From assembly GCA_023920165.1 (NCBI GenBank), contig CP089279.1:1-64000 (forward strand): a DNA stretch of 64,000 nt, read 5' to 3'. Below are positions 11,401 to 23,444 of this stretch, piece by piece. The notes below the pieces were generated by a model. That model saw nothing but the letters and a program-made list of their open reading frames with translations. It did not search any database and was not told the origin of the DNA. A program made the position numbers and the translations under genes. Origin of the DNA: Curvularia clavata (Eukaryota). The first letter of the stretch is position 1. Each line of letters opens with the position of its first letter.

Positions 11401-12868
11401 CAAACCACCTACATCCAATTAGAGGATTTGCGATTTGGCTTATGCAGTCTGGGTCGTTATCGACGAACTGCACGCGGCCAGCTCCATAAATACACTTACT
11501 TATACCGAAGTGGTAGAGGCTTTTTGGCGCAACTGCAAGGAACGTGACTAGCTAGGCGTCACCAAGATCACAGGCTCCGCCCTTGCCAATAGCATTAATA
11601 CCACCCTATTATTCGCGGCCAGGGTGCTTAAGCGCTAGAGGCCAAGCCACAGCGTAGTCTAGTCTCTATCAACACTCGAAACGTCCTAGTTTTTAAAAGT
11701 ATAGAAAGAGACGTAAACAATTTTTAAGCTTTCTATGAAGAAGTCCCCCCAGAGAAGACAAAAATGGATTGAGAAGGCGATAGCTTGACAGCTAGCCATT
11801 TTGGAAATGAACAAGTACTTTTCTCGCATAATTCAGCACTTCTTTATTCTACGGGATTATAATACTGATAGCCTGTAGAGGGAGAGATTAAGACTGGTCA
11901 ACGCAAAACAAGACATCAGATATAAGGAAGTTCAGTTCGAGCTAGAATTCTACAATATGCTCATCGCATGGGAGAAGAAGGTGAGGGCGGCTGTTAAAGG
12001 AAAGTGGGAAGATGCCAAGAGGGAATGGGAGGACTAAGGCCGTTCCGGCGAGATGCCTCGACAGCCAGCTATGGATAAGGCTGATCTAGCCGCGTATATG
12101 ACTGTACGAATTCTGGGCAGTTTCCCAAATCTTATCCATGCTATTAACAAATGGCAGACAGCCAACCCCGATAAGCAACCTATTATAGGGCACCAGTGCG
12201 AGTGGGGCGAGGCACTTGGTGGTAGCAATCCAGTTATTGCGCAGGCGTTACAATCTGACGATAACCTCTGGGCGTCTTTTCTGTGGGACATAGCCAAGAA
12301 CGCCTGCCGAGGATCTGCCAAAATAGATTTCACTCTACGTCAGGCCAGGTCAATGGTTGGCCAGCAGACTACCATCTCTCGCCCCAACCCTGCGAGCTAC
12401 TAAAGTAAGTATGTCGTGGCTAGTTCTTTGCGGCTATCGCGCGCCTTACTATAGTGCCGATTGGTACAAGAATTCAGAGATGAGAGCGTGGTAAGCGTCA
12501 CCAGCTCTAAAGATAGAAGAGACCGTGTTCCGCTCTGGTAGGACGTCAGCGGCCCAGTATGGATCATAGTGGCTGGCTTACAAGTCATCTGTCAGTCGAT
12601 TACTTTGGTGGAAGGAAACATCATACACGTGTTAGAGCCAACGCCTCGAAACAATGACGCGGTTCAAGCGGCCAATCGACAATACAGGATTGGCCAGCAA
12701 TAATCAAGTGTGGAAGTAAGGTGGTTAGTTTATAGAGATTCGTTTATCAAGTCAAATATAGTGAAGAGAAATAATGCAAAAAATTGGTTTATAGAGAGAG
12801 TAAAGGGATCTAAAATTAAGGAAAGCAGAGTAATGTATCAAATAGAGGAAGAGAACATAGCCGTCTAG
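8477..12868 (+). pseudogene. Large intronless SNF2-like (SF2) helicase gene, copy 1, RIP stops
   Basis: ORF fragments at 9062, 10202, 12053 share one frame; ILADEIGFGKT, VVIDELH, ICQSITLVEGNIIHVLEP..QAANRQYRIGQ; paralogous to 32783-36817. Confidence 0.8.
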
Positions 12869-14199
12869 GGCCGAAGAATGCGTAATGGGATTGTCGCCAG
12901 TTTAGACATAGTATGTATAGTAGAGAAGCAAGCCATTTACCTTATCTAGCTTTGTCTAAGCAGGTTTTCTTGACTGTTTCTAGTGATGAGCATAATCTCT
13001 AAAATATGGTACTGAGGAGTTAGCTATAGTTATTTTAACGCCTACGATTTTGTTCTTTAGACGGCACTCGTCCCTTATGATTAAACCGCTCTGTGGCTGC
13101 AGGGCAAATCACCACCCGGTTAGTTGCTACGGGAAAAGCTGGCCAAATTGCGGTAGATAGAACCCTTCTACATATTGGAAAGCAATTGCTGCTATTGCTA
13201 TTCTTCGGATAGCGGTCATGGTGGTGGTAGAGTTATCATATAGTAATTGTGAAGCGTCGATTACTTAATAGTGTAGGGGGTAGTATTGTATCGTCTAAAC
13301 GGTTGCACGCACTGACCACCTACAGTACACTGCAGTGGCTGACTTGAGGTACCGCGCGCCTGCTAGTCAGAACTGCCTCTAAGACTGCTATCCCTTTCCG
13401 ATTTTATATTGCGTATGAACTTAGCCTATTAATATAAATCTACTATAAATTACCCCTATTTCGTATCAATCACATACCTAAACTAGAAATTCTAGATAAT
13501 TACTATATTCTACTACACTAACGCTATATACCTAGCTCTTAGCCTTCTCCTAAGAACAGTCCATATCCTCATTATTGTCTGATATGACGCCATCGCCTAC
13601 ATCTACCTCTAGCTCTGGCAGCTTAATGCTATAATTAGGACGTAATTGATTCTATTTACAGAGAATCTTCTACGATTGCTCCATGTGCCATTCTGTTAGA
13701 ATACCGTCCTCAAGGATCTAGTTCATACGCTGAGCGACTATCGCCTCGGGTTCAAGGGCGAAAACCCAGAGCAGGAGCCAGAGCAGGAGCCAGAGCAGGA
13801 GTAGGAGCAGAATGGAGATGACGAAGGAAGACATGCGGTCGCGCTACGCTATCATATGGCTACGTATTGATATTTACTCTTGCAATCTTTGTAACTAGCT
13901 AAAGATAGTATTATTTTCTCTCTACAATCTGCTACTATTCTATGCAAATTCTGTCAATTGGAGACTATCGTCAGCAATTTGCTACGATTTTGTGTAATAC
14001 ACAAGGTTTGCAAATTTTGAATAATGACTACGTTTCGTAGAATTCACTAAAGAAAACGATAGAAACTAGAAATGTCAAGGTCCTTTGGTGTTGCAACCGT
14101 GTAAAGTAGTGGTAGCACGGTTTGGCGATTTGCAGCAAATCCAATTAAAGCTTGTTTTGGCTGAATAGAGAGGCAGCGAGTAGATTTAGGCTTATACAA

Positions 14200-14919
14200 C
14201 TAATTACGAGAGTGCTATGTCCACACACCACCTGACGCATCTTTGTTGGGTGGCCATGGAAGCTTACCAGCCATAGTCGCCTCTACCCACTGCGCACTCC
14301 GTCCTATGCACTCTATCTGGTTAGGACTATAACTAGTCGGGGGTCCTTGGAAATATACGCCTCGCACCCGTGGCTAAGACTGAACTAATTGATGTACTAT
14401 ACCCGTCCTATTTACTCTATTAACTCTTTTAATCTTGCTAGTATAGTCGTTTGCATCGTATACTGGATCGTACACCCACACTTCATTATTTAGTCGCGCT
14501 ATGTCTACTGCATGCCAGTTATTAAAGCCTTGAGATTGTTCTGATGCGCTTGACATGCTAGAAGTGACGACACTAATAGTCCCACCTTGTGTCTAGTTCT
14601 TAATAGCGGTGCTGAGTGTAGCGCCGCAAGCATACTCCTTTTTTACTTCTTTAGAGAGTCCCTCTTAGTTTACCTATGCTGTCTTAATAGCGCCGGTTCG
14701 ATATGTCGCGACAACAGGGCAGATTTTGAGAGAGGTTGCAGGGTATGCACTAGGTAGCTAGGTGTTCAAGTAGTCTGTCATCCTCCCAAAGCCAGCAGAA
14801 GGGTCGAATTGAAGGCTTGGTGGGAGTAGTTAAGCATACTAGGCAGCAAAGGACTAGGATAGAGGTGCCGTAGGTGTATACGGAGGGGCATCCACTTATA
14901 GGGATTGGCGGTTACTCAT
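14200..14919 (-). pseudogene. About 240-aa gene, possible Ulp1/adenain-like (clan CE) cysteine protease, RIP stops
   Basis: One frame from ATG 14919; WHAV..VWVYDP..FQG..QIECIG gives His-Asp-Gln-Cys order. Confidence 0.4.
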
Positions 14920-15078
14920 TCTGGTTGAGTATAAGGCTTGAAGTAGGAGTAAGCTGGTAAAAAATGGTTATATGAGATTCTGAACGTAGCTGCATATTAA
15001 ATGCTGCATCCACTATTTATATTGTTTTAATGTGTTCGTTCTTTAATATAGGCGCTCTTATATTTACAATAGAGTGAT

Positions 15079-15230
15079 AGCTTTCATATTCACAGCTCTT
15101 ATATTCACAGCTCTCATATTCACAGCTCTCATATTTACAGCTCTCATATTCACAGCTCTCATATTCACAGCTCTCATATTCACAGCTCTTATATTCACAG
15201 CTCTCATATTCACAGCTCTCATATTCACAG
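15079..15230. repeat. 15-bp minisatellite (CTCATATTCACAGCT)n, about 10 copies
   Basis: Direct tandem array; variants are C>T only. Confidence 0.95.
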
Positions 15231-15775
15231 GGGAGCAGATGCTCTCTCCCTACAAAGCCTCAGACCTAAAAGGCTGACTCAGCTGTTATCTGCGCCACCT
15301 TTTGCTATGTTTCGCTATCTTTGCTCTCTGTTTCTCTTTGTTTTTGCTGCCAGGCTGTAGGCTGGAAAAACTCATTAAGTAGCGCTCTGATTGCCGTTCA
15401 AGTCTTTTTGCCTGATTTTCTGCTGTAATTAGCTCTATCTCTATGGTGTATTACCAAGACATCATCTGTACTTAGCTCAGTCAGTGTCTGCTATCTTTGT
15501 TTACTTAAGTAGATCGCTGTCGGTTACTATCTTCCTCTCTGTGCTACTTATACTGCGTGAAGTCGGCCTTATATGCACGTATGTATATATATTAGGAATA
15601 GATCCTATATTTAAATACTTTTTTTGACATGTTCCGGTGGCTAAAAATCTTTGATATTTAGGTATATACTAGAATATAATTCGCACTTTCTAATGCTATT
15701 CTTATTTTCTTCTAATGCTTATTATAGTACAAGAAATTGGTGAGTTCTTTACATAGCGATTCACTATAATATAAC

Positions 15776-15984
15776 TGTTAGACTGTTAGTGGCGTGAAGG
15801 TACAGCACGAGATAGATGAGAGAGAACTATGCTTTAACAGCCATGTATTCACGAGACGAATCGCTATCGAGCACCTCTAGCGATCGTGGAGGCTTTATAG
15901 CCTTAGGTAAGCCCTAGCTGACTAACTAGCGTGAAGAAGGAGGGAATTGGACCAACATGTCCCAATTTGGACCAGGTCCTGACA
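15776..15984 (-). repeat. 3' LTR of the chromovirus
   Basis: Direct repeat of 22897-23105; preceded on the minus strand by AAGAAGGGAGGTAT. Confidence 0.97.
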
Positions 15985-16577
15985 ATACCTCCCTTCTTAG
16001 GGTGCAGCTGTCCCAGCTGCGCAACTTATCATGCTTGCCGCCCAGTTTGAGCGATTACTGGGTGATGCCGCCGTGTGGGTTGGAGGGTGTATTTTACTTG
16101 CTCACCGCCCCAGGGCTATGACGTCATAATAGCGGAGTTTTGCGCTGCTGCCTAGCCGACTGCCCCACTTTGGGCCAACCCGGCCCATCAGGGTACTCCT
16201 GGGCAGCGCCAAGAGTCACGTGACGCGCTAATTTAGTGCGGATCCAGGGATACAATAGCCAGTTTTTGACTAAGCCCAGTACACCCCACAGTCCACCAAC
16301 CCCACTTTGGTAAGTAGACTCCCATTTTGTGGGTCTTCTCAGTTTGGGCCCGACACCTTCCACCCACGGTCTGTTTGCAACAGTTTGGCCCAATTTGGGC
16401 CAGTTTGCAGTCGACCTTGGTTTTGTTGCCTTTTTCTGAGGTTCTTCCCCTGGACTTGGAGTTTTCTGCTGACTTTTCTTTTTAGGCTGTTTCCTCCCAT
16501 ACGATCCATTTCGCGACAGATTCGACCGATTCGTCCCAAACACCCCCAAATTGGGGCCTTCAAGACCCACTTGAACC

Positions 16578-17643
16578 ATGACGAACGCACTTGGATCCGT
16601 CAACCGCAGTACGGTGTCAAACCTGTTCGTACGCAAGGGCCAGAGGTCTTACTACGCTTGTGTGTGCTGTCTGAACGCCTTCAGGGATAATGAGCCCGTT
16701 ACTTTTGGCAGAGCGGGTTGCGTTATGTTGGACATCGACAATCCTGAGGTAGCTGAGGCTTGGTCTGGCTACAAGGTTGAACCGGAGTCTGGCGGTATGC
16801 CTAGGCAGGTGATGAAGTGTCTTCGCTGCTCTTACATCAACCGTGTCTGTTTTGCGGTAAGTTGCCCTGTTTTGCTCTGATTTGGTCCAATTTGGAGCTA
16901 AATGAGTGGTTAGGTGCCTCCTCCCGACAAGTTCTCCCCCGACTGGGTGAGACTTGGCCAGCTCATTGGGAAGGTTGAGGATGCCTTCCATGCCATTGAC
17001 AAAGATATCCCCGAGGGTGCCAATGAGGCTGAAGTTCGTGCTGAGCGCAGGGAAATGTACGAGGTGGCCGTTACTAGGCTTAGTATGTTCAGCAAGCCTA
17101 TTGTTGAGTCACTCAAGAAGTAAGTGATCCAATTTTCCTAAATCTGGCCCAAATTGGACTAATTTGTGTAGGTTTGAGCCTCATGCTACTCATCTGTCTC
17201 TTTCCTCTGGTGCCATCGAGGAGGAAGATGATCCCCGCTCTGGTGTGAAGACTTCTGCCCTTGGCCGCTCCAAGAAGGATGAAGAGGTCAAGAGGAAGGC
17301 TCATGAGATCGAGGTGGAAACTTTGGTCGAGGCAAGGGTCAAGAAGTCCAAGTATGGCTCTGGTGGGCGCAAGAAGGAGGTTTGTGATCCTTTTCCCCCC
17401 TATTTACGCCAAATTGCCCCAATTTGGACTAACTTGGTTCTTTAGGTCAAGGTTGCCGAGGATGTCACTGATGAGCTTCAGAAGCGCATCAATGACATTG
17501 ATGAAGAGATTTTGCAAAAAATGTCTGAGAAGGAGGGGGCCAAGGGTCAAGCCAAGAGGAAGATCACCAATGACATCAAGAACTTGGAAAAAGCCAAGGC
17601 AAGGCTTAACAAGGAGTACGAGGCCGCAGTTGCCGGTGATTAA
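16578..17643 (+). CDS. Antisense accessory gene within the chromovirus, 4 exons, 296 aa, Cys-rich N-terminus and charged coiled-coil C-terminus
   Basis: Exons 16578-16856, 16914-17119, 17172-17379, 17446-17643 join into one open frame; introns are GT..AG with CTAA(C/T/A) branch sites; CVCC..C..CLRC..C motif. Confidence 0.85.
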
Positions 17644-17931
17644 GGGTGGTTGGGTCTAGTTTTGTCCGTTTTGGCCCAAATTGGGTCAGTATGGGCTATG
17701 GTGGTTTTCTTCCCTTTCATATGAGATACCCAGGGCATTAGGATGGAGGTGATAATTGAAATTCTCTTTTCTTTACTTTTCCATTCCTTGGTTTTTGTTG
17801 TGCAATGTCAGTTCAACATGGACCAATTTGGGCCAGGTTGCCCTAATCAGCTTATGCCGTTAAACACCTATAAAACCCTTTGGGGAAAAAAGTAGGTGAA
17901 GGTACATGTGCTAATTTGGCTCCTATTGGCC

Positions 17932-20900
17932 CTATTTGGCCCGTTTTGGCCCGCGTCTGCGTCGAGGGACCTGATTTGATTTGTTCCAGAACTCTTGAAG
18001 CGTTTTCTGGGTAACATTGGCGGCTGGCTCCCATGTGTTTTCAGAGTCGGGGTATCCAGTCCATTTCACTAAGTATTCCCACTGATCGTCCTTGTTCTTC
18101 CTATGTCCCACTATTTTGTCCACGAGGTAGACATCGTCGCCTGTCTCGCCTAGTTCGTGTTGTGTTGGGACTTCAGGATGTGGTATATCACCTGGGGGGT
18201 GATACTGCTCTAGTAAGGATGCATGGAACACTGGGTGTACGTTTTTTAGGCCAGGCATATCTACTTTAAATGCTGATGGGCCGATTTGCTCAGTTATTGT
18301 GCCTGGGCCAACGTATTTCCAGTCGATCTTCTTCTTTGGTCGCAGGGATTTAATATGCTTATTAGATAGCAGTACTTTATCCCCTACCTTAAAAGGAATG
18401 GGTTGTCTTTTCTTATCTGCGTGCCGTTTTTGGTACTCTTGCGCTTTTAGAATATTGTTCTTGCACTCTTGTTGTATTTCGATTATTCTTGAGGCAGTAC
18501 TTGCCGCTAGGGGGTTTTCGCCCCCAGTTTGGGCGTCTTTGGGCCATTCTGCGCCTCTTGGGTGTATGCCGTTGCATGCTTGGAAGGGGGTGACCTTGGT
18601 AGTCGAATGTACACTGTCATTGTACGCGTATTCCCCTACTGAGATCCATAATGCCCAGTCGTCCTGCTCTAGGGAACAGTAGCAGCGGAGGTACTGTTCT
18701 AGAGTCTGATTTTGGCGTTCAGTCTGGCCATCTGTTTGTGGGTGGTATGCCGAAGTAAGTACACGTTTCGAGTTAAGGTAGTGAAGAAAGGTCTTCCAAT
18801 GGGTGGAGTTCATTAAAGGGCCTCTATCTGATATGATTCGGCGTGGTACGCCATGGAGACGGATTACTTCGCGCAACCATGCCTGAGCTAGGTCTACTCC
18901 GTCCCAATTGGACCGTGCTGGCACGTAATGGGCCATTTTGGTCAGTCTGTCGACTATCACGAGGATTGCGTCGTATACTACGCCTTGCAGTTTGCTTGGT
19001 GGCAATTCAGTTATAAAGTCCATTGTTACTTCCTCCCAGGCTCTATTGGGTGGTGGTAATGGTGCAAGGGGCCCGTATGGCAGGTGCCGTTTCGGGGTAG
19101 ATTTTTGACAGATAAGGCATGATTTGCAGTAGTCTTCCACGTCTTTCCTCATGCCAGCCCACTTGTAGTGGCGCGTTAGTTTCTCTAATGTGCGTCTTGC
19201 GCCAAAATGTCCAGAAAGCGGGTCGTCGTGACCTTGTTTTAATGCTGCTGCTTTTTCCTGTGCCGTCTTGGGCACGGTTGGGCCAGAGTGGCCCTGTTTG
19301 AGCCTTTGTGGACTTGGTTTGGCCACGTCGTCTTCTTCTGAGCTACATGAGTCCGAAGTGTATTCGTCCGTCTCTGAGTCGGCCTCTTGAGCCAATGCTG
19401 CATGCCTCTGGTCTTCATGTTGCTTCGCTGCTGTATTCTGCCGTCCTTGTGATCGTGTGGTGGTAGCTGCAGCTATAGCAGTCCCTTCGGCATTGAATTT
19501 GAGCAGATGGCGTAGCGATGGCACATATGCGCTATTATTCTTCTGCTTTGGCTCTTGGGCGGCTTTTATGTAGTCGGGTCTGCGCGATGGGCCGTCGGCG
19601 GGGTTTGTTTTCCCAGGTTGGTGTACAATTGTGAAATCAAAACCTGATAGGGCTAAGTAAGACCGTACCTGGCGGTGATTCAGTGTTTTGGTTTCCATGA
19701 ACCACTTCAGGTTTCGATAGTCAGTAATTAGATCAAAGTGTATCCCATCAAGATATCTTCGCCAGTGTTGGAGACTAGCGACGATAGCTAGTAGCTCTTG
19801 GTCATGCGTGTCATAGTTGTACTCCGCGGCGATTAATTTGCGCGAGTAGAAGTCTACGGGTCTCCAGCAAGCCTCTTTGGGCACGTACTGGCTTAGGATG
19901 CCAGCAATCGCTCCTCCCGACGCATCGACCTGTACTCTAGTCTGATTGTCTGGATTAAAGTGGGTTAGGATAGGTACTGCCGTAAAGGAGTTTTTTAGCG
20001 TCTTAAACGCGCTCTTGGCGTTTTCGTCTAGAATTAGCAGTACGCTTTCCTCTTTTCGCTGAGCTTTGCCCCCTTTGGCGGCGTTCGGCTCCTTTTTCAG
20101 TAACTCAGTTAAAGGCAGTGCGATTCTGGAGAAGTTAGCAATGAATCGACGATAGTAGTTCATGAAGCCTAGAAACACGCGGACATCGCGCACTGTACGC
20201 GGTTCTGGCCATTCTTGGGCCGTTTTGGCCCGATCTGGGTCGATACTTATACCCTCGGGGCTAACTGTGTAGCCAAGGAACTCAGTGTGTTGGGTGTGCC
20301 ATTCACACTTCGAAGTCTTCAAATACAGCTTGGCTTCGCGCAATCTGTTTAAGACTTCGCGCACGTGTCTCTCGTGCTCCTCTTCTGTGTTGGAGAACAC
20401 CAGAATATCGTCCAAATACACAATACAACTCACATCTACCAATCCTGCAAGGATATGGTGTATGTACGCCTGAAATTGTGCAGGAGCGTTTGTAAGGCCA
20501 AAAGGCATCACAGTATACTCGAAATGGCCGTATCTGGTGCGGAAGGCTGTCTTCCACTCGTCTCCCTCCTTAATCCTCACCCTATGATATGCTTCTCGGA
20601 CGTCTAGCTTGGTATAGAATTTTGCCTCAGCCAATCTATCCAAGGACTCCGTAATCAAGGGTAAAGGGTGACGGTTTTTGAGCGTTATGTTGTTTAGACC
20701 TCTATAGTCCACACATAACCTCATCGTGCCGTCTTTCTTCTTCGCGAAGAGTATTGGTGCGCCTGCTGGCGACTTCGAATGTCTAATCCACCCTCTCGCG
20801 AGATACTCACGCAAGTAATCCCGGAGTAGCGCTAACTCGCTCTTCGAGAGCCCATATAGCGGCTGATGTGGTGGCGTGGTGCCTTCTTTCAAGGTTATCA

Positions 20901-21584
20901 CCAAATCGTGCGGGCCATGCTCAGCAAGGCACTTGGCATCCTCTTCCGAGGCCAAATCCGCAAAGTCCTCGTACTGTGGTGGCAACTGAGGCAACTTGGC
21001 TTGATCAGGGCCAACCTGGGCGTTCTTGGGCTTCTCCAACCCCTCCCAGTCCTCTTCCTCGTCGCTTGGGTCCCAACCCATCACAGTGGACACTTTGAGC
21101 GCGTAAACGTCCGTCGTGGGCGTTCGGAGTGTTTTCTCAAACTCTTCGGCGCTTTCTGTCGCGATTTTCTCATATGAAGCCCTATCTACATATTTCACGC
21201 CCCTAAATAGCACTCGACGCGACCGGAGGCTTATTTTGGGCTTGTAGAAGTCGACCCAGGCATACCTAAGCATACTGGGTAATGCTTCATTTCTGTCACC
21301 ACAAAAGGTATATTCTGGAATTTAGTCCTCCCTCTTGTGTCTGTGACTTTCATGGTCACCTCTGTAGTGCCATAAATCTCAAACTCCGCGCCGCTTAAGG
21401 CTTCTGCCACTAAGTTCGGTATAGGAGTTATTGTTAAATCGTGATCCTTGGCTTGGTGGATTGAGAGTAGATTTAGTTGAGACCCTCCATCTATCAGCGC
21501 TTCGAGTGGATCTTGGCCAATTTGCACCGTTATGGTCAATAGTGGGCTAGGTTTGCTGAACATTGCTTCGCGAAGTGTCTTCAA
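17932..21584 (-). CDS. pol: Pol polyprotein (protease, RT, RNase H, integrase, chromodomain); one-base frameshift near 21259
   Basis: ALIDGGS protease; YLDD RT; VDASG RNase H; HHCC integrase zinc finger; YLVKWTGYPDSENTWEP chromodomain. Protease frame is -1 relative to gag. Confidence 0.95.
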
Positions 21585-21631
21585 GTCCTCTTCTAGCTCT
21601 AGCCTTGCAATATGGGCGGAGAGTAGGGCTA

Positions 21632-22864
21632 CTAGGTTCTCCGCCCCTTGCCTTTTTCCAGTTTGGGTTCCTCAGGTGCCGCTTGGCTTTGTTTGTGCTT
21701 ACTACAGTTCCTGCTGATGTGTCCGGGTTCCCCGCAGTTGTAACAGACAATTTTGCCCTCTGCGTCGCGTCCTCGAACCTTGTTTGCCGCGTATGAACCT
21801 TTTGTATCCGCAGGGTTCCGTCTTTGTTTTTTCAGGGTTTTTTCGTACCCTCTTGTGTTCTTTGGTGGTGTGCCGCTCCTGGCTTGCTTGTTCTGCGTTG
21901 TTCTAGCGTTGCTAGGCTTCTCTCTTTTCGTTCTGTCCCAGATAAGTCGCGCTCGCGCGTTTAGGTCTGAGATTGTGCTTCTTTGACCTGGTTCGAGTAA
22001 AAGCAACTCTTTCTGTATTGTCATTGTCAAAGCGCCCATAAAGTCCCTCACTCTCTGCTCTTCCGAGTAGGCATTGCCCAATTCGGACCAAAGTGTGTCC
22101 AATTTGGCCAACAGGTCGTTTGGGTCCTGAGACCAGTCCTGTCTGATGTGTTTGAGAGCTCGGTGGGCTTCAAGCTTCCGCTGTTCTGGTGGTCCCAGTG
22201 AATCCACCATTACAGTCTTCAGGTCTAGCCACGTGGGTGTCCAATTCGTGTCTTTTCTACAGTAGTCGTGATAATAGGCGTCCCATGTGGAGCGTAGGGG
22301 GTCAGTGATATACCTAAGCCCAAAATCGATCTTGACTGCCTCTGTTTGGAACGTTTTAGGGCTTCCCCTAAACGTTGCCTCACATTCGCGTTCCCAGCGA
22401 TTGTACTCGGCACGATCGCGGCTTGTGAACTGTGTTGGTTTTTCTGGTCGTGGAGCTCCCACGTTTGGTTCTAGTTGTATCCCCACCGCACGGTGTGGTT
22501 CATATAGGTCCTCTGTCAGTGCTGTCGTGTCACCTTGGTCGAACCGACGCTTGATTTCCTGGAGACGTTTCAGTTCTTGCTCGTCAAGCGCTCGTTGCCT
22601 CCAAGCGCGCAGTTCGTCTAGCTGTTGAGCAATGGTGGTCTGAGGTGGTTCAAGTCGAGCTGGGCTGCCCTGAATTGGGCTTCTCTGTGCCAGTTCGGCC
22701 TGATCTGCCTCCGTGACGGCAGGCTCGGATAGTTCACTTGAAGATGGCTGGGTTGAGTCTCTAGTTAGAGTGGGCTGTGAGTCCCCTACTACCGTGTTTC
22801 GAGTTGACCTTGGGCGGCTCCGAGTTTGGCGACTACCTGGGTTCGGCATGGCTCTCTCTGACAT
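21632..22864 (-). CDS. gag: Gag (410 aa) with CCHC zinc knuckle
   Basis: Intact ORF right after the 5' LTR; CYNCGEPGHISRNC. Confidence 0.95.
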   Translation of the reverse strand: MSERAMPNPGSRQTRSRPRSTRNTVVGDSQPTLTRDSTQPSSSELSEPAVTEADQAELAQRSPIQGSPARLEPPQTTIAQQLDELRAWRQRALDEQELKRLQEIKRRFDQGDTTALTEDLYEPHRAVGIQLEPNVGAPRPEKPTQFTSRDRAEYNRWERECEATFRGSPKTFQTEAVKIDFGLRYITDPLRSTWDAYYHDYCRKDTNWTPTWLDLKTVMVDSLGPPEQRKLEAHRALKHIRQDWSQDPNDLLAKLDTLWSELGNAYSEEQRVRDFMGALTMTIQKELLLLEPGQRSTISDLNARARLIWDRTKREKPSNARTTQNKQARSGTPPKNTRGYEKTLKKQRRNPADTKGSYAANKVRGRDAEGKIVCYNCGEPGHISRNCSKHKQSQAAPEEPKLEKGKGRRT

Positions 22865-22896
22865 CTCGTAGGTGTACTTGAGGAGAGCGATTCGAA

Positions 22897-23105
22897 TGTT
22901 AGACTGTTAGTGGCGTGAAGGTACAGCACGAGATAGATGAGAGAGAACTATGCTTTAACAGCCATGTATTCACGAGACGAATCGCTATCGAGCACCTCTA
23001 GCGATCGTGGAGGCTTTATAGCCTTAGGTAAGCCCTAGCTGACTAACTAGCGTGAAGAAGGAGGGAATTGGACCAACATGTCCCAATTTGGACCAGGTCC
23101 TGACA
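22897..23105 (-). repeat. 5' LTR of the chromovirus
   Basis: Direct repeat of 15776-15984; TATAAA on the minus strand at 23015-23020. Confidence 0.97.
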
Positions 23106-23444
23106 ATAACTAGATTGACTAGAAGTAACTTGAAACATCGCGCTGATAAGCTTGTTTAGGGCCTTTGAAGCCGCTTGTTAGAGCTTGCTAGGCAGAAATA
23201 GAGCTTAACGTAGGGGCTGGGGATTAAGAGTGAGGGTATCTTCCTATTAACTGCTGTTTCGCCTTGCAAGAGTCTATATAATTACAAGAATAGACAGTAA
23301 GGTCTTATAGCGTAGAAGATCTAATCTAAATTATAGATATAAGTATACTATAAGAGTTATTGACAAAGATATATTTATATTACTTTGTTACTTTATCTAG
23401 TTATTAAAATAAATTCTGTTAGAGTCTTAACGCCATTATACTTC

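Larger units (their letters stand above)
15776..23105 (-). mobile_element. Full-length Ty3/Gypsy chromovirus, recent insertion
   Basis: 209-bp LTRs (15776-15984, 22897-23105) identical by eye, TG..CA; TSD ATAAC; polypurine tract next to the 3' LTR; gag-PR-RT-RH-IN-chromodomain order. Confidence 0.97.

Noticed and set aside
13768..13812. 12-bp GAGCAGGAGCCA repeat in a possible small gene
   Set aside because: No supportable start or domain; too degraded.
15079..15230. CRISPR-like array
   Set aside because: No unique spacers; eukaryotic context.
15074..15277. ORF of repeated TALIF
   Set aside because: Translation of the 15-bp minisatellite; no sign of a gene.
16124..16690. ORFs 16124-16636 (-) and 16307-16690 (+) as env-like or extra genes
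   Set aside because: Low-complexity translations of the motif-rich region upstream of the spliced gene; no domain features.
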